This document shows, one piece after another, positions 1 through 9,395 of a stretch of DNA of 34,316 bases. This DNA comes from Candidatus Xenobia bacterium (GTDB lineage Bacteria; Vulcanimicrobiota; Xenobia; Xenobiales; QWHO01): NCBI GenBank assembly GCA_045863235.1, contig BTUM01000084.1, positions 1-34,316 on the forward strand, given 5' to 3'. The notes beneath the pieces are model-generated. The model was not told where the DNA came from. It made no database searches and was given only the letters and a program-made list of their open reading frames with translations. Position 1 is the stretch's first letter. Every line of letters starts with the position of its first letter. The position numbers and the translations under genes were made by a program.

Positions 1-213
1 CACCGAGCCCCCTGCCCTGAGGCACCGGGATCGCGCCTCATGAGGCGCATTTGCCCTGAACGGCGCCGTGCCTTAGAAGTCCGTTTCCGGCTCGACCACA
101 CTCCTGCGACGAATTGCGCCGACCAAATTGTACCTGGATGGATGCGGCACACCTTCACACAACTCTCAGCGTACGAGAAGGACCTTGGAGGAAGTTGCCT
201 CGAAGGCCCGGCG

Positions 214-2541
214 ATGCGCCGCTTCTTTCTTCTTTGCTTGCTCGCCCTTGCCCCGGCCCTCGCCCAGGATGAGCTCGACCGAACGGTCCTGCCCGTTCCC
301 GAGCCCAGACGTCCAGCCATTACCGAGCTGGACGTGCGCCGGGCGAAAGCCCCGCCGCGCTTCGAGGTCAAGGCGCCCGGGCAGGCCCCCAACGTGGTGA
401 TCGTGCTGGTCGACGACATGGGTTATGCTCATCCGAGCACCTTCGGGGGCGCGATCCCCATGCCCACTCTCGACCGCCTGGCCAACTCCGGCCTGCGCTA
501 CACCAACATGCACGTGACCGCCCTGTGCTCGCCTACGCGAGCGGCCCTCTTGACCGGCCGCAATCACCATTCCAGCAACACCGGAGCGGTTCAGGACGTG
601 GCCACCGCTTTCCCTGGCAACACCGGTGTCCGGCCCAACAGCGTGGCTCCCCTGGCCGAGATGCTGCGGCTCAACGGCTATAACACGGCCGCCTTCGGCA
701 AGTGGCATCTCACGCCGCTCTGGGAGACCAGCGTTTCGGGCCCCTATACGACCTGGCCCACCGGCTCGGGTTTCGAAAAGTTCTACGGCTTCCTGGGCGG
801 TGAAACCAACCAGTGGGCCCCGCTGCTCTATGATGGGGTCACCAAAGTCGAGCTCCCTCACGACCCGAGCTACCACTTCATGAACGACATGACCAACCGG
901 GCCATCGAGTGGATCCGCTTTCAGCACGCCATGACACCCGACCGGCCCTTCTTCATGTACTTCGCCCCGGGCGCGACCCACGCACCGCACCATGTGCCCA
1001 AGAAATGGGCCGACCGTTATCGCGGCAAGTTCGACAACGGCTGGGACCGCTATCGCGAGGAGGCGCTGGCGCGCCAGATCAAGCTGGGCATCGTGCCGCC
1101 CGGCACCACTCTGGCACCCAAGCCGGCCGTGATGAAGGACTGGGACTCGCTCTCGACCGAGGAGAGGAAGCTTTTTGCCCGCCAGATGGAGAGCTATGCC
1201 GGCTATGCCGAGTACACTGATTTCGAGATCGGCAGGCTGGTTCGGGCCCTGGAAGAGCTGGGGGTCATGGACAACACTCTGTTCATCTACATCGCTGGCG
1301 ACAACGGCGCCAGCGGAGAAGGCGGGCTGAACGGGACCTCCAACGAGCTGACCTACTTCAACGGGGTGCAGCAGACGGTTGGCGACCAGATGAAGAGCCT
1401 GGAGGAGTGGGGAGGAGCGGGCACCTATCCCCACTTCGCCCTGGGTTGGGCGGTGGCGGGCAACACCCCCTTTGCCTACACCAAGCAGGTAGGCGGCGAC
1501 TTCGGGGGCAGCACGAACGGCATGGTCGTGCACTGGCCGCGGGGAATCCAGGCCCGGGGGGAGCTGCGCAATCAGTTCCACCACGTGATCGACCTCGCTC
1601 CCACCGTCATGGAGGTGGCCGGCCTGCCCTTCCCCCGATCGGTCAACGGAACGACCCAGAAGCCCTTCGAGGGTGTCAGCCTGGCCTACACGTTCGGCGA
1701 CCCGCGGGCGCCCGGGCGCCACCAGACGCAGTACTTCGAGATCGCCGGCAGCCGAGCCATTTACCACAACGGCTGGGTGGCGCGCACCATCCATCGCGTT
1801 CCCTGGGAACCGCAGCCCCGAGCCACTCTGGAAGCCGATGTCTGGGAGCTCTACGATACGTCGAAGGACTTCAGCCTCTCCAAGAACGTGGCCTCCGAGT
1901 ATCCCGAGAAGCTCAAGGAGTTGCAGGCGCTCTTCCTGGAGGAGGCGCTCAAGTACAGCGTCCTGCCCCTCGATGATCGCAGCATCGAGCGCATGGATCC
2001 GGCCCTGGCGGGCCGCCCCGACCTGATGGGGGCTCGCACCAGCCTGACCGTGTACCCGGGCATGACGGGGATGATGGAGAACACCTTCTTGAACGTCAAG
2101 GGGCGCTCCAGCACGGTAACGGCCGAGGTGGACGTCCCGCAGGGCGGCGCCCGGGGGGTCATTCTGGCTCAGGGAGGGCGCTTTGGCGGATGGAGCCTGC
2201 ACCTGAAGGACGGCAAGCCAACCTATACCTATAACTGGGTGGGTTTGGAGCGCTTCGAGGTCTCTGCCCCCGACACTCTGCCCGCCGGCCAGGCCACCAT
2301 CGTGGTCGATTTCGCCTACGACGGCGGGGGTCGAGGCAAGGGCGGCACGGCCACGCTCAGCGTGAATGGCAAGAAGGTGGCCGAGGGCCGGATTCCCAAG
2401 ACCAACGCATACGTCTTCTCGCTCGACGAAGGAGCCGACGTGGGGATGGACGAGGATACACCCGTCAGCGAATCCTATCAGGCCGGCTCGGACAGCCGGT
2501 TCACGGGCTCGATCCGTTCGATCACGGTGAAGGTGCGCTAA
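214..2541 (+). CDS. Exported arylsulfatase (type I, Cys-type), with a C-terminal beta-rich domain
   Basis: ATG at 214 begins a signal peptide (MRRFFLLCLLALAPALAQ). Sulfatase motifs: NVVIVLVDDMG, LCSPTRAALLTGR (CxPxR formylglycine site), GYNTAAFGKWH, ATHAPH, GDNG. Confidence 0.93.
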   Translation: MRRFFLLCLLALAPALAQDELDRTVLPVPEPRRPAITELDVRRAKAPPRFEVKAPGQAPNVVIVLVDDMGYAHPSTFGGAIPMPTLDRLANSGLRYTNMHVTALCSPTRAALLTGRNHHSSNTGAVQDVATAFPGNTGVRPNSVAPLAEMLRLNGYNTAAFGKWHLTPLWETSVSGPYTTWPTGSGFEKFYGFLGGETNQWAPLLYDGVTKVELPHDPSYHFMNDMTNRAIEWIRFQHAMTPDRPFFMYFAPGATHAPHHVPKKWADRYRGKFDNGWDRYREEALARQIKLGIVPPGTTLAPKPAVMKDWDSLSTEERKLFARQMESYAGYAEYTDFEIGRLVRALEELGVMDNTLFIYIAGDNGASGEGGLNGTSNELTYFNGVQQTVGDQMKSLEEWGGAGTYPHFALGWAVAGNTPFAYTKQVGGDFGGSTNGMVVHWPRGIQARGELRNQFHHVIDLAPTVMEVAGLPFPRSVNGTTQKPFEGVSLAYTFGDPRAPGRHQTQYFEIAGSRAIYHNGWVARTIHRVPWEPQPRATLEADVWELYDTSKDFSLSKNVASEYPEKLKELQALFLEEALKYSVLPLDDRSIERMDPALAGRPDLMGARTSLTVYPGMTGMMENTFLNVKGRSSTVTAEVDVPQGGARGVILAQGGRFGGWSLHLKDGKPTYTYNWVGLERFEVSAPDTLPAGQATIVVDFAYDGGGRGKGGTATLSVNGKKVAEGRIPKTNAYVFSLDEGADVGMDEDTPVSESYQAGSDSRFTGSIRSITVKVR

Positions 2542-2580
2542 ACTTCGTCGCCCTGGCCGTGTCAGGTACCGTGCGTTGTC

Positions 2581-2589
2581 TGCTATGCT
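2581..2589 (+). promoter_or_regulatory. Extended -10 element (TGcTATGCT), 6 nt before the ATG at 2596; possible leaderless transcript
   Basis: TGnTAnnnT seen directly; no Shine-Dalgarno (SD) sequence before 2596. Confidence 0.4.
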
Positions 2590-2595
2590 GCAGGC

Positions 2596-3195
2596 ATGCT
2601 GCTCGAGGTGACCGGCCTGGTGGTGCTCTCGGTGCTTTTGTTGGGCTCCATGTCCCCACGCCTCTTTGCCGGCTGGTTCCGTAAGCTGGGCGATCCCACC
2701 GGCAAGACGCTGGCCCAACTCGCGCCCCACCTGGGCCATCCCGGTTCGAAGTGCGAGGGCTACGCGTGCTGGTCAGGCCCCATGTATCTGCTGGTGCTCA
2801 GCTTTGACGGAGAGCGTTGCCGGCAGGTCGTGCTCTCGCGGTTTGACCCCACGCTGGGGCTTGACCTGCCTCAGGTGCCTCCCCGCGAGGCCAGCCCCGC
2901 CGAGCTCACCGAGAGGTTGCTCGAGGCCCAGGAGCAGCTCGACCCCGAAGAGCTCGAGCTTCACTGGGAGCGATATCGCTGGGCCCTGCAGCTTCACGAG
3001 CAGACCCGACGACAGGCTCGCTCGGGTCAGGTCTTCTCGAGCTGGTCCGACTTTCGGCTGGTGGATGGACGGCTCGGGCTGGTCTACTCCACTCCGTCCA
3101 CCGACGAGGCGCTTCTCTGGAGTCCCGAGCTGGTCGCCCGGGTCAATCAGTTGGGGTTCGTGGAAGCGGCTGAGCAGCTGCGCAAGCTCAAGTGA
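2596..3195 (+). CDS. Hypothetical protein with an N-terminal hydrophobic anchor or signal
   Basis: 199-aa ORF filling the gap between the sulfatase and pyrH; hydrophobic first ~20 aa; no family recognised. Confidence 0.6.
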   Translation: MLLEVTGLVVLSVLLLGSMSPRLFAGWFRKLGDPTGKTLAQLAPHLGHPGSKCEGYACWSGPMYLLVLSFDGERCRQVVLSRFDPTLGLDLPQVPPREASPAELTERLLEAQEQLDPEELELHWERYRWALQLHEQTRRQARSGQVFSSWSDFRLVDGRLGLVYSTPSTDEALLWSPELVARVNQLGFVEAAEQLRKLK

Positions 3196-3329
3196 GGTGT
3201 CCCTGACGAATGGGCAAGAACCTCAGCAGGGAACGTTCAAGCGGGTTCTCCAGTCTGCGCGCAGTGAAGGAATGCCTTCCCTGAACCAGAATACCCGGCG
3301 GGATTTGCAATCCCCCTTGGAGGACATTC

Positions 3330-4100
3330 GTGAGCACCTCGGCCAGCGATACGGCCGTCTCCTCGTCGGCAACCGACTCCGGCTCCGGGCCGGTCTACCG
3401 GCGCATTCTCCTCAAGCTCTCGGGCGAGATGTTCAGTGGCAGCGAGCCCTACGGCATCGATCCCGAGACCGTCAAGCGCTACGCCGGCGAGATCAATGAG
3501 CTGGTACAGTGCGGGGTGCAGGTGGCGGTCGTCATTGGAGGCGGCAACATCTGGCGCGGGCGCATGGCCCCCGGGATGGAGCGGGCCAGCGCCGATTACA
3601 TGGGCATGCTGGCCACCGTCATCAACGCACTGGCCCTTCAGGACGCGCTCGAGAAGACCCGCGTGCATACCCGAGTTCTCACCGCCATCGAGATGCAGCA
3701 GGTGGCCGAGCCCTTCATCCGCCGCCGGGCCCAGCGCCACCTCGAGAAGGGCCGCGTGGTTCTTTTTGCGGGCGGCATCGGCAGCCCCTACTTCACCACC
3801 GACACCACGGCCGCGCTGCGCGCCCTCGAGATCGACGCCGACGCCGTGCTGAAAGCCACCAAGGTGGATGGAGTCTACGACATGGATCCCAAGAAGTATC
3901 CCCAGGCCACCAAGTTCCATCGCATCGACTATCTGGAAGTGCTTCAGCGAGGCTTGAAGGTGATGGACGCCACCGCCATCTCGCTTTGTATGGATAACAA
4001 GTTGCCCATCCTGGTCTTCAACATCTCCGAGAAAGGCAACATCAAGAAGATCGTCTTCGGAGAAGAGATCGGCACCCTTGTGAAGGAGGAAACCCGATGA
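3330..4100 (+). CDS. pyrH: Uridylate kinase
   Basis: [71 protein letters not shown] before the GTG; directly upstream of frr. Confidence 0.98.
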   Translation: MSTSASDTAVSSSATDSGSGPVYRRILLKLSGEMFSGSEPYGIDPETVKRYAGEINELVQCGVQVAVVIGGGNIWRGRMAPGMERASADYMGMLATVINALALQDALEKTRVHTRVLTAIEMQQVAEPFIRRRAQRHLEKGRVVLFAGGIGSPYFTTDTTAALRALEIDADAVLKATKVDGVYDMDPKKYPQATKFHRIDYLEVLQRGLKVMDATAISLCMDNKLPILVFNISEKGNIKKIVFGEEIGTLVKEETR

Positions 4101-4654
4101 GCGTGACTACTGACAAAGAGCTGTTCAAAGAGACCGAGGAGCGCATGAAGAAGGGCATCGAGGCCCTGGGCCGCGAGTTCCGCACCGTGCGCACGGGGCG
4201 GGCCACTCCGGCTCTTATCGAGCGCATCACGGTGGACGCCTATGGACAGGATATGCCCATCAACCAGCTGGCCAGCGTCACCGTGCCGGATGCTCGCATG
4301 CTGGTGATCCAGCCCTGGGACAAGTCCCAGATGAGCGCCATCGAGAAGGCGATCCAGAAGAGCGATCTGGGCATCACGCCCACCAACGACGGCACCGTGA
4401 TCCGGCTGGCTTTCCCCTCCCTCACCGAAGATCGGCGCAAAGATCTGGTCAAGCAGGTCAAGAAGAAGGCTGAAGAGGCCCGGGTGGCGCTGCGCAACAT
4501 CCGCCGCGATGCCCTCGAGCACCTCAAGGAGCTGGAGCTGCCCGAAGACCAGGAGAAGCGAGCCCAGGAACAGATCCAGAAGCTCACTGACAAGTACATC
4601 GAAGAGGTGAGCCACTCGGTCGAGCACAAAGAGAAAGAGATCATGGAGGTGTGA
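4097..4654 (+). CDS. frr: Ribosome recycling factor
   Basis: [58 protein letters not shown] overlap with pyrH. Confidence 0.98.
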   Translation: MSVTTDKELFKETEERMKKGIEALGREFRTVRTGRATPALIERITVDAYGQDMPINQLASVTVPDARMLVIQPWDKSQMSAIEKAIQKSDLGITPTNDGTVIRLAFPSLTEDRRKDLVKQVKKKAEEARVALRNIRRDALEHLKELELPEDQEKRAQEQIQKLTDKYIEEVSHSVEHKEKEIMEV

Positions 4655-4793
4655 GTCCACTCGTCGGTCGGGTCTACGTCGAGGCGCTGAGGCAGGCCGG
4701 CACGGCCTGGCCCGGTCGCATCCGTATCACCCGACCGCCGCGGGCTCGATTCGGGAGGGGAGAATTGCGGCTGGTGGCGGTTCGCCCAGGCGA

Positions 4794-5588
4794 GTGGATC
4801 CTGGCCTACGAAGACTACTCCCCGTGAGCCTGCGCCTGCAGAGCCTGCCGGCCGAAGACGTACTGCTCTCGCAGCTCGATCTCACCCGTCTGCCCGAGCA
4901 CGTGGCCGTGATCATGGATGGCAATCGGCGCTGGGCCAAGGAGCGTCGCCTGCCGGTGCTGCTCGGCCACCGGGCCGGCGTGAAGACCTTCCGGCGCGTC
5001 ATCGAGACCTTCCGTGAGGTGGGCATCAAGCGCCTCACTGCCTATGCCTTTTCGGTCGAGAACTGGCGCCGCTCGCCCACCGAGGTGCGGGTGTTGATGC
5101 AGCTTTTCGAGCAGTACACCCGCAGCGAGCGCGAGAAGCTGGTGCGCACCGGCATTCGCTTCCAGACCATCGGCCGCACCGATCTCCTGCCCGAGGCGGT
5201 GCAGCGCGAGCTCAGGGCTACCGCCGAGGCCACCGCCCACAACGAGGCCATGGTGCTCAACCTGGCTCTCAACTACGGCTCGCGCGACGAGATCCTGGAG
5301 GCGGCCCGCCAGGTGGGCCGCGACGTGGCGGCCGGCAAGCTCGACCCCGAGAGCCTGACCGAGGAGAGCTTCTCCAACTACCTCTGGACCGCCGGCCAGC
5401 AAGACCCGGACCTGCTCATCCGCACCAGCGGCGAGCTGCGCGTCTCCAACTTTCTGCTCTGGCAGATGGCCTACACCGAGTTCTGGTTCACTCCCCTCTA
5501 CTGGCCCGACCTCACCCGCCAGGTCTTGCTCCAGGCGCTGGTCGACTTCCAGCAGCGCGACCGACGCTTCGGAGGCAGCACGCGATGA
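4794..5588 (+). CDS. uppS: Undecaprenyl diphosphate synthase (cis-prenyltransferase); start uncertain (4794 or 4824)
   Basis: HVAVIMDGNRRWA, YAFSVENWRR, ALNYGSRDEI, DPDLLIRTSGELRVSNFLLWQ, RRFGG. Confidence 0.97.
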   Translation: MDPGLRRLLPVSLRLQSLPAEDVLLSQLDLTRLPEHVAVIMDGNRRWAKERRLPVLLGHRAGVKTFRRVIETFREVGIKRLTAYAFSVENWRRSPTEVRVLMQLFEQYTRSEREKLVRTGIRFQTIGRTDLLPEAVQRELRATAEATAHNEAMVLNLALNYGSRDEILEAARQVGRDVAAGKLDPESLTEESFSNYLWTAGQQDPDLLIRTSGELRVSNFLLWQMAYTEFWFTPLYWPDLTRQVLLQALVDFQQRDRRFGGSTR

Positions 5589-6421
5589 AGCCCAAGCTGG
5601 TGCGCCGCATCGTGACCGGCCTGGCCCTGGGCGGGGGCTCGGTGGTCATCATCTTCTGGGGAGCTCTCCCCTTCATGCTCGAGGTGCTGGTGCTGGCCCT
5701 GGTGGGCCTGAGCGAGTTTTACTCCATGGTCGAGCGCAAAGGCGTGCGCCCGGCCCGCCGCACGGGCCTGGCCGTCACGGCGGTCATCCTGGTCGGAGCC
5801 TACTTCTTGCGAGAGCCCTTCCTGGCGCGGCTGCTCCTGTTTCTGTTGACCGGCACCCTGATCACCTTCGTGCTGCGACTGCCCGAGCGCATCTCGGCCC
5901 TGCTCGACGGAGCCACCACGGTGCTGGGCTTCCTCTACCTGGGCTGGATGTTCTCTTACCTCGTCCTGCTGCGCCGCGTCGAGGGCACGGTCGTGCTGGG
6001 GGGTTACCTGGTCGAGCTGGGGGCGGCTCTGGTGCTGCTGCTGGTCTTCGCCACCGTGTGCTGCGACGTGGGCGCCTACGTGGTGGGGAAGCTCTTTGGT
6101 CGGCGCAAGCTGTATGAGAAGATCAGCCCCGGCAAGACCCAGGAGGGGGCGCTGGGGGCGCTGATGTGCGCCACCTCCGGCAGCGCCTGGTTGGGTGGGC
6201 TGATGGGAGTGCCGCTCCTTCACGGGATGGTGTTGGGCCTGCTGGTGGCCGTCACCGGCCAGCTGGGCGACCTCTGGGAATCGGCTTTGAAGCGGGAGGT
6301 TGGCTTGAAAGACTCGGGCAGTGTGATCCAGGGCCACGGAGGGGTGCTCGACCGCTTCGACTCGCTGGCCTTCGCGGCTCCGGCCTTCTATCTCTACTAT
6401 GTGACCTTCCTGGCGCCATGA
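5585..6421 (+). CDS. cdsA: Phosphatidate cytidylyltransferase
   Basis: Polytopic membrane protein with ISPGKTQEG and GDLWESALKREVGLKDSGSVIQGHGGVLDRFDS; lies between uppS and dxr. Confidence 0.97.
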   Translation: MKPKLVRRIVTGLALGGGSVVIIFWGALPFMLEVLVLALVGLSEFYSMVERKGVRPARRTGLAVTAVILVGAYFLREPFLARLLLFLLTGTLITFVLRLPERISALLDGATTVLGFLYLGWMFSYLVLLRRVEGTVVLGGYLVELGAALVLLLVFATVCCDVGAYVVGKLFGRRKLYEKISPGKTQEGALGALMCATSGSAWLGGLMGVPLLHGMVLGLLVAVTGQLGDLWESALKREVGLKDSGSVIQGHGGVLDRFDSLAFAAPAFYLYYVTFLAP

Positions 6422-7587
6422 CCGTCCGTGGCATCAGCCTGATCGGCTCCACCGGCTCCATCGGCACCCAGACCCTGGAGGTGGTGCGGGAGTGCCCCGA
6501 GCGCTACCGGGTGGTGGCCCTGGCAGCTCGATCCTCCTGGGAGCTTCTGGCCAGACAGGCCCTCGAGCACCGCCCCGAGCTGGTGGCCCTCTCCGACCCG
6601 ACCCACTACGCCGCCCTGAAAGAGGCGCTGGCGGGCACCGGCATCCGCGTGGCCGCGGGCGAGGAGGCGGTCTACGAGGTGGCCGCTCATCCCGAGGCCA
6701 CGATGGTGTTGTCGTCCTTCGTCGGAATGGCCGGGATGGTACCCACATTGAAGGCCCTGGAGGCCGGCAAGTGGGTAGCCCTGGCCAACAAGGAGGCGCT
6801 GGTGGTGGGGGGAGAGCTGGTCACGGCGGCCGCTCGCGAAGCCGAGACCACGCTCTTGCCGGTGGACTCCGAGCATTCGGCCATCTTCCAGTGCCTGCAG
6901 GGTCAGGTCCGGGCCGAGCGCATCATCCTGACCGCCTCCGGCGGCCCTTTCCGCCAGCTCGAGCGAAGCGCCCTGGAGCAGGTCACGGCCGCTCAAGCCC
7001 TCAAGCATCCCACCTGGAGCATGGGAGCCAAGATCACCATCGACTCCTCCACCCTGATGAACAAAGGTTTCGAGGTGCTGGAGGCTCATTATCTCTTCGC
7101 CATGAGCCTATCTGAGGTGGACGTGTGGGTCCATCCTCAGAGCGTCATCCACTCGATGGTCGAGTTCGTGGACGGATCGGTGCTGGCCCAGCTGGGCCCG
7201 CCCGACATGCGCACCCCCATCCAGTATGCCCTGTTCTATCCCGAGCGGCGCGGCCCGGCCTGGTCGCGGCTGACCCTGGAGCACTGCCGCCAGCTCACCT
7301 TCGAGCCTCCGCGGCGCGACGATTTCCCTTGCCTGGATCTCGCCTTCGAAGCCGGCCGCCAGGGTGGCACCATGCCGGCCGTGCTCAACGCGGCCAACGA
7401 GGTGGCTGTGGAGCGCTTCCTCAAGAATGAGATCGGCTTTCTGGACATCCCCCGCACCATCGAGTCGGCCATGCAGGCCCACACCCGCAAGGACGGGCCC
7501 TCGGTGAGCGATCTGCTGGCCGCCGACGCCTGGGCGCGCACCTTCGCGGCAGGGGTTCGAGCCTCGGCAGTTAATTTACCGCGGTAA
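6418..7587 (+). CDS. dxr: 1-deoxy-D-xylulose 5-phosphate reductoisomerase
   Basis: ATG at 6418 overlaps the cdsA stop; GSTGSIGTQTL, ALANKE, PVDSEHSAIFQ, LTASGGPF, HPTWSMGAKITIDSSTLMNKG, NAANEVAV. Confidence 0.98.
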   Translation: MTVRGISLIGSTGSIGTQTLEVVRECPERYRVVALAARSSWELLARQALEHRPELVALSDPTHYAALKEALAGTGIRVAAGEEAVYEVAAHPEATMVLSSFVGMAGMVPTLKALEAGKWVALANKEALVVGGELVTAAAREAETTLLPVDSEHSAIFQCLQGQVRAERIILTASGGPFRQLERSALEQVTAAQALKHPTWSMGAKITIDSSTLMNKGFEVLEAHYLFAMSLSEVDVWVHPQSVIHSMVEFVDGSVLAQLGPPDMRTPIQYALFYPERRGPAWSRLTLEHCRQLTFEPPRRDDFPCLDLAFEAGRQGGTMPAVLNAANEVAVERFLKNEIGFLDIPRTIESAMQAHTRKDGPSVSDLLAADAWARTFAAGVRASAVNLPR

Positions 7588-7619
7588 AACTTTTTTGTCG
7601 GTTTGGTGGTCTAACTTTT

Positions 7620-9395
7620 ATGACACTCGATCTTCTGGCTCGCTACGGCGGGGGAATCCTGGCCGTCGTGGCCTGTTTTGGCTTCATCATCTTCATCCAC
7701 GAGCTGGGCCACTTCCTGGTGGCCCGACGGGCTGGCATCCGCTGCCCCTACTTCGCCATCGGCTTCGGCCCCAAGCTGTTCAGCTTCCGCTGGAAGGCGA
7801 CCGAGTTCTCGGTGCGCATCTTCCCCTTCGGCGGTTTCGTGCAGATGGAAGGGGAGGAGCCCGGCCAGACGGGTGAAGATTCCTGGCACGGCCAGATGGC
7901 CCACTTTCTGGGCGAGGCCACCTTTCCGGCCAGGCCGGCCCAGCTGCTGGCCTATCTCGACGAGCTGAAGAGCCGCAATTCCGATCTGGTCCTCTCGCCC
8001 GAGAACCAGGCCCGCTTCGACGAGGTGCGCGAGCACGTCCAGTTCTCTGCCGATCGCTCCTACGCCGATCTGAGCGACCTGGAGGGCAACTTCAACCATA
8101 AGTCCATCCCGGCTCGCATCGCGGTGGTGCTGGGAGGGGTCACCATGAACTTCATCTCGGCCCTGCTCTTGTTCTGGTTCGTGGGGCTGGTGTGGGGTGT
8201 GGCCAATGCGGCTCCGGTGGCCGAGCCCCGGGTCAACGAGGTGATGAAGGGCGGGCCCGCCGAGGCTGCCGGAATCAAGGCCAAAGACACCATCGTCGAG
8301 GTCCAGCATCGGCCTATCGTGACCGGCCAGGAGATGATCGAGGAGATCGGGCGCTATCCGGGTGAGCCGATCACTGTCAAGATCAAGCGCGGCAATGCGA
8401 CCATCGACTACCAGGTGGTGCCCAACGTCAGCCTGGGCCGGGTGATGTTCAAGCCGGACGGAGCCCACGTCAAGGTCATGGCGCCGGGCGAGAGTGCCTT
8501 CAAGGAAGGCGATCGGGTGACCCAGGTCAACGGCCAGTCCTTCCAGGGACTGGAGGGATTCGTGGCGCTGGTGCGCCAGCTGGCCCCGGCCGAGCACGAG
8601 AGCAAGCTCACCTTCACCGTCGAGGGCCGCAGCCCGGTCGAGCTCAAGGGCAAGCTCAAGCCCGAAGGCAAGATCGGCGTCATTCCCGGCTCGCCCATGC
8701 ACATCGTCATCGTCTCCACGGCCATCGGCCTGGTGACCGAGGTCGCGCCCGGCAGCCCCGCCGCCAGCGCGGGACTCAAGCCGCAAGACCACATCCTGGC
8801 CGTGGACGGCCGCCACATCTTCGGCCAGGACGACCTGGCCGAGCTGCTCGGCCGCCTGGGCGGCCGCGAGGTGGACCTGGAGGTGCTGCGCCACGGCGAG
8901 GACAAGACGGTGACTCTGACGGTCCCCCCGGACGGCCTGGCCGGGCTCGGGATCAAGCTGCAGCCTGTGGACGCCGCCTTCGTGCTCAAGTACGGCGTGA
9001 CCAAGCTCGGCCGGCTGATCATCCAGCCCTACGAGATCATCTACGGGCTGATGGCCCGCAAGATCGAGGCCAAGACCATCAAAGAGCAGACCGGGGGCCC
9101 GCTGATGATCATGGGCATGATCTTCGACGTGTCGGCCAGCGGTCTGCCCACCCTGCTCTTCTTCCTGGCCCTGCTCAACGCGGCCGTGGGCGCCTTCAAC
9201 CTGCTCCCCTTCCCGGCTCTGGACGGCTCGCGCCTCTTCTTCCTGGTGGTGGCCGCCATCCGCAAGAAGGAGATCGATCCCGAGAAGGAAGCGCGCATCC
9301 ACTACTACGGCCTGCTGGTGCTGCTGGGGCTGGTGGCGCTCATCTCGGTCAACGACGTGGGCCGCATCTGGTCGGGCACGCAGCTGGTGAAGTGA
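7620..9395 (+). CDS. rseP: RIP zinc metalloprotease (M50) with PDZ domains and a cytoplasmic insertion
   Basis: HELGH zinc motif, FAIGFGPKL, PFGGFVQM, NLLPFPALDG; PDZ-like segments (GGPAEAAGIKAKD, GSPAASAGLKPQD); follows dxr. Confidence 0.95.
   Translation: MTLDLLARYGGGILAVVACFGFIIFIHELGHFLVARRAGIRCPYFAIGFGPKLFSFRWKATEFSVRIFPFGGFVQMEGEEPGQTGEDSWHGQMAHFLGEATFPARPAQLLAYLDELKSRNSDLVLSPENQARFDEVREHVQFSADRSYADLSDLEGNFNHKSIPARIAVVLGGVTMNFISALLLFWFVGLVWGVANAAPVAEPRVNEVMKGGPAEAAGIKAKDTIVEVQHRPIVTGQEMIEEIGRYPGEPITVKIKRGNATIDYQVVPNVSLGRVMFKPDGAHVKVMAPGESAFKEGDRVTQVNGQSFQGLEGFVALVRQLAPAEHESKLTFTVEGRSPVELKGKLKPEGKIGVIPGSPMHIVIVSTAIGLVTEVAPGSPAASAGLKPQDHILAVDGRHIFGQDDLAELLGRLGGREVDLEVLRHGEDKTVTLTVPPDGLAGLGIKLQPVDAAFVLKYGVTKLGRLIIQPYEIIYGLMARKIEAKTIKEQTGGPLMIMGMIFDVSASGLPTLLFFLALLNAAVGAFNLLPFPALDGSRLFFLVVAAIRKKEIDPEKEARIHYYGLLVLLGLVALISVNDVGRIWSGTQLVK

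Noticed and set aside
166..2739. 857-aa minus-strand ORF and similar long antisense ORFs (7611-9302, 11590-12978, 18083-20086, 20031-21512, 22618-23964, 29463-31637, 31916-33838)
   Set aside because: Shadow ORFs opposite better-supported genes, expected in high-GC DNA with strong codon bias; no recognisable motifs.
6166..6417. N-terminal extensions of Dxr, the phosphatase (10129), the sulfatase (40), the methyltransferase (12971) and the precursor (28313) in the ORF track
   Set aside because: Downstream starts with SD sequences, stop/start overlaps or signal peptides fit better.
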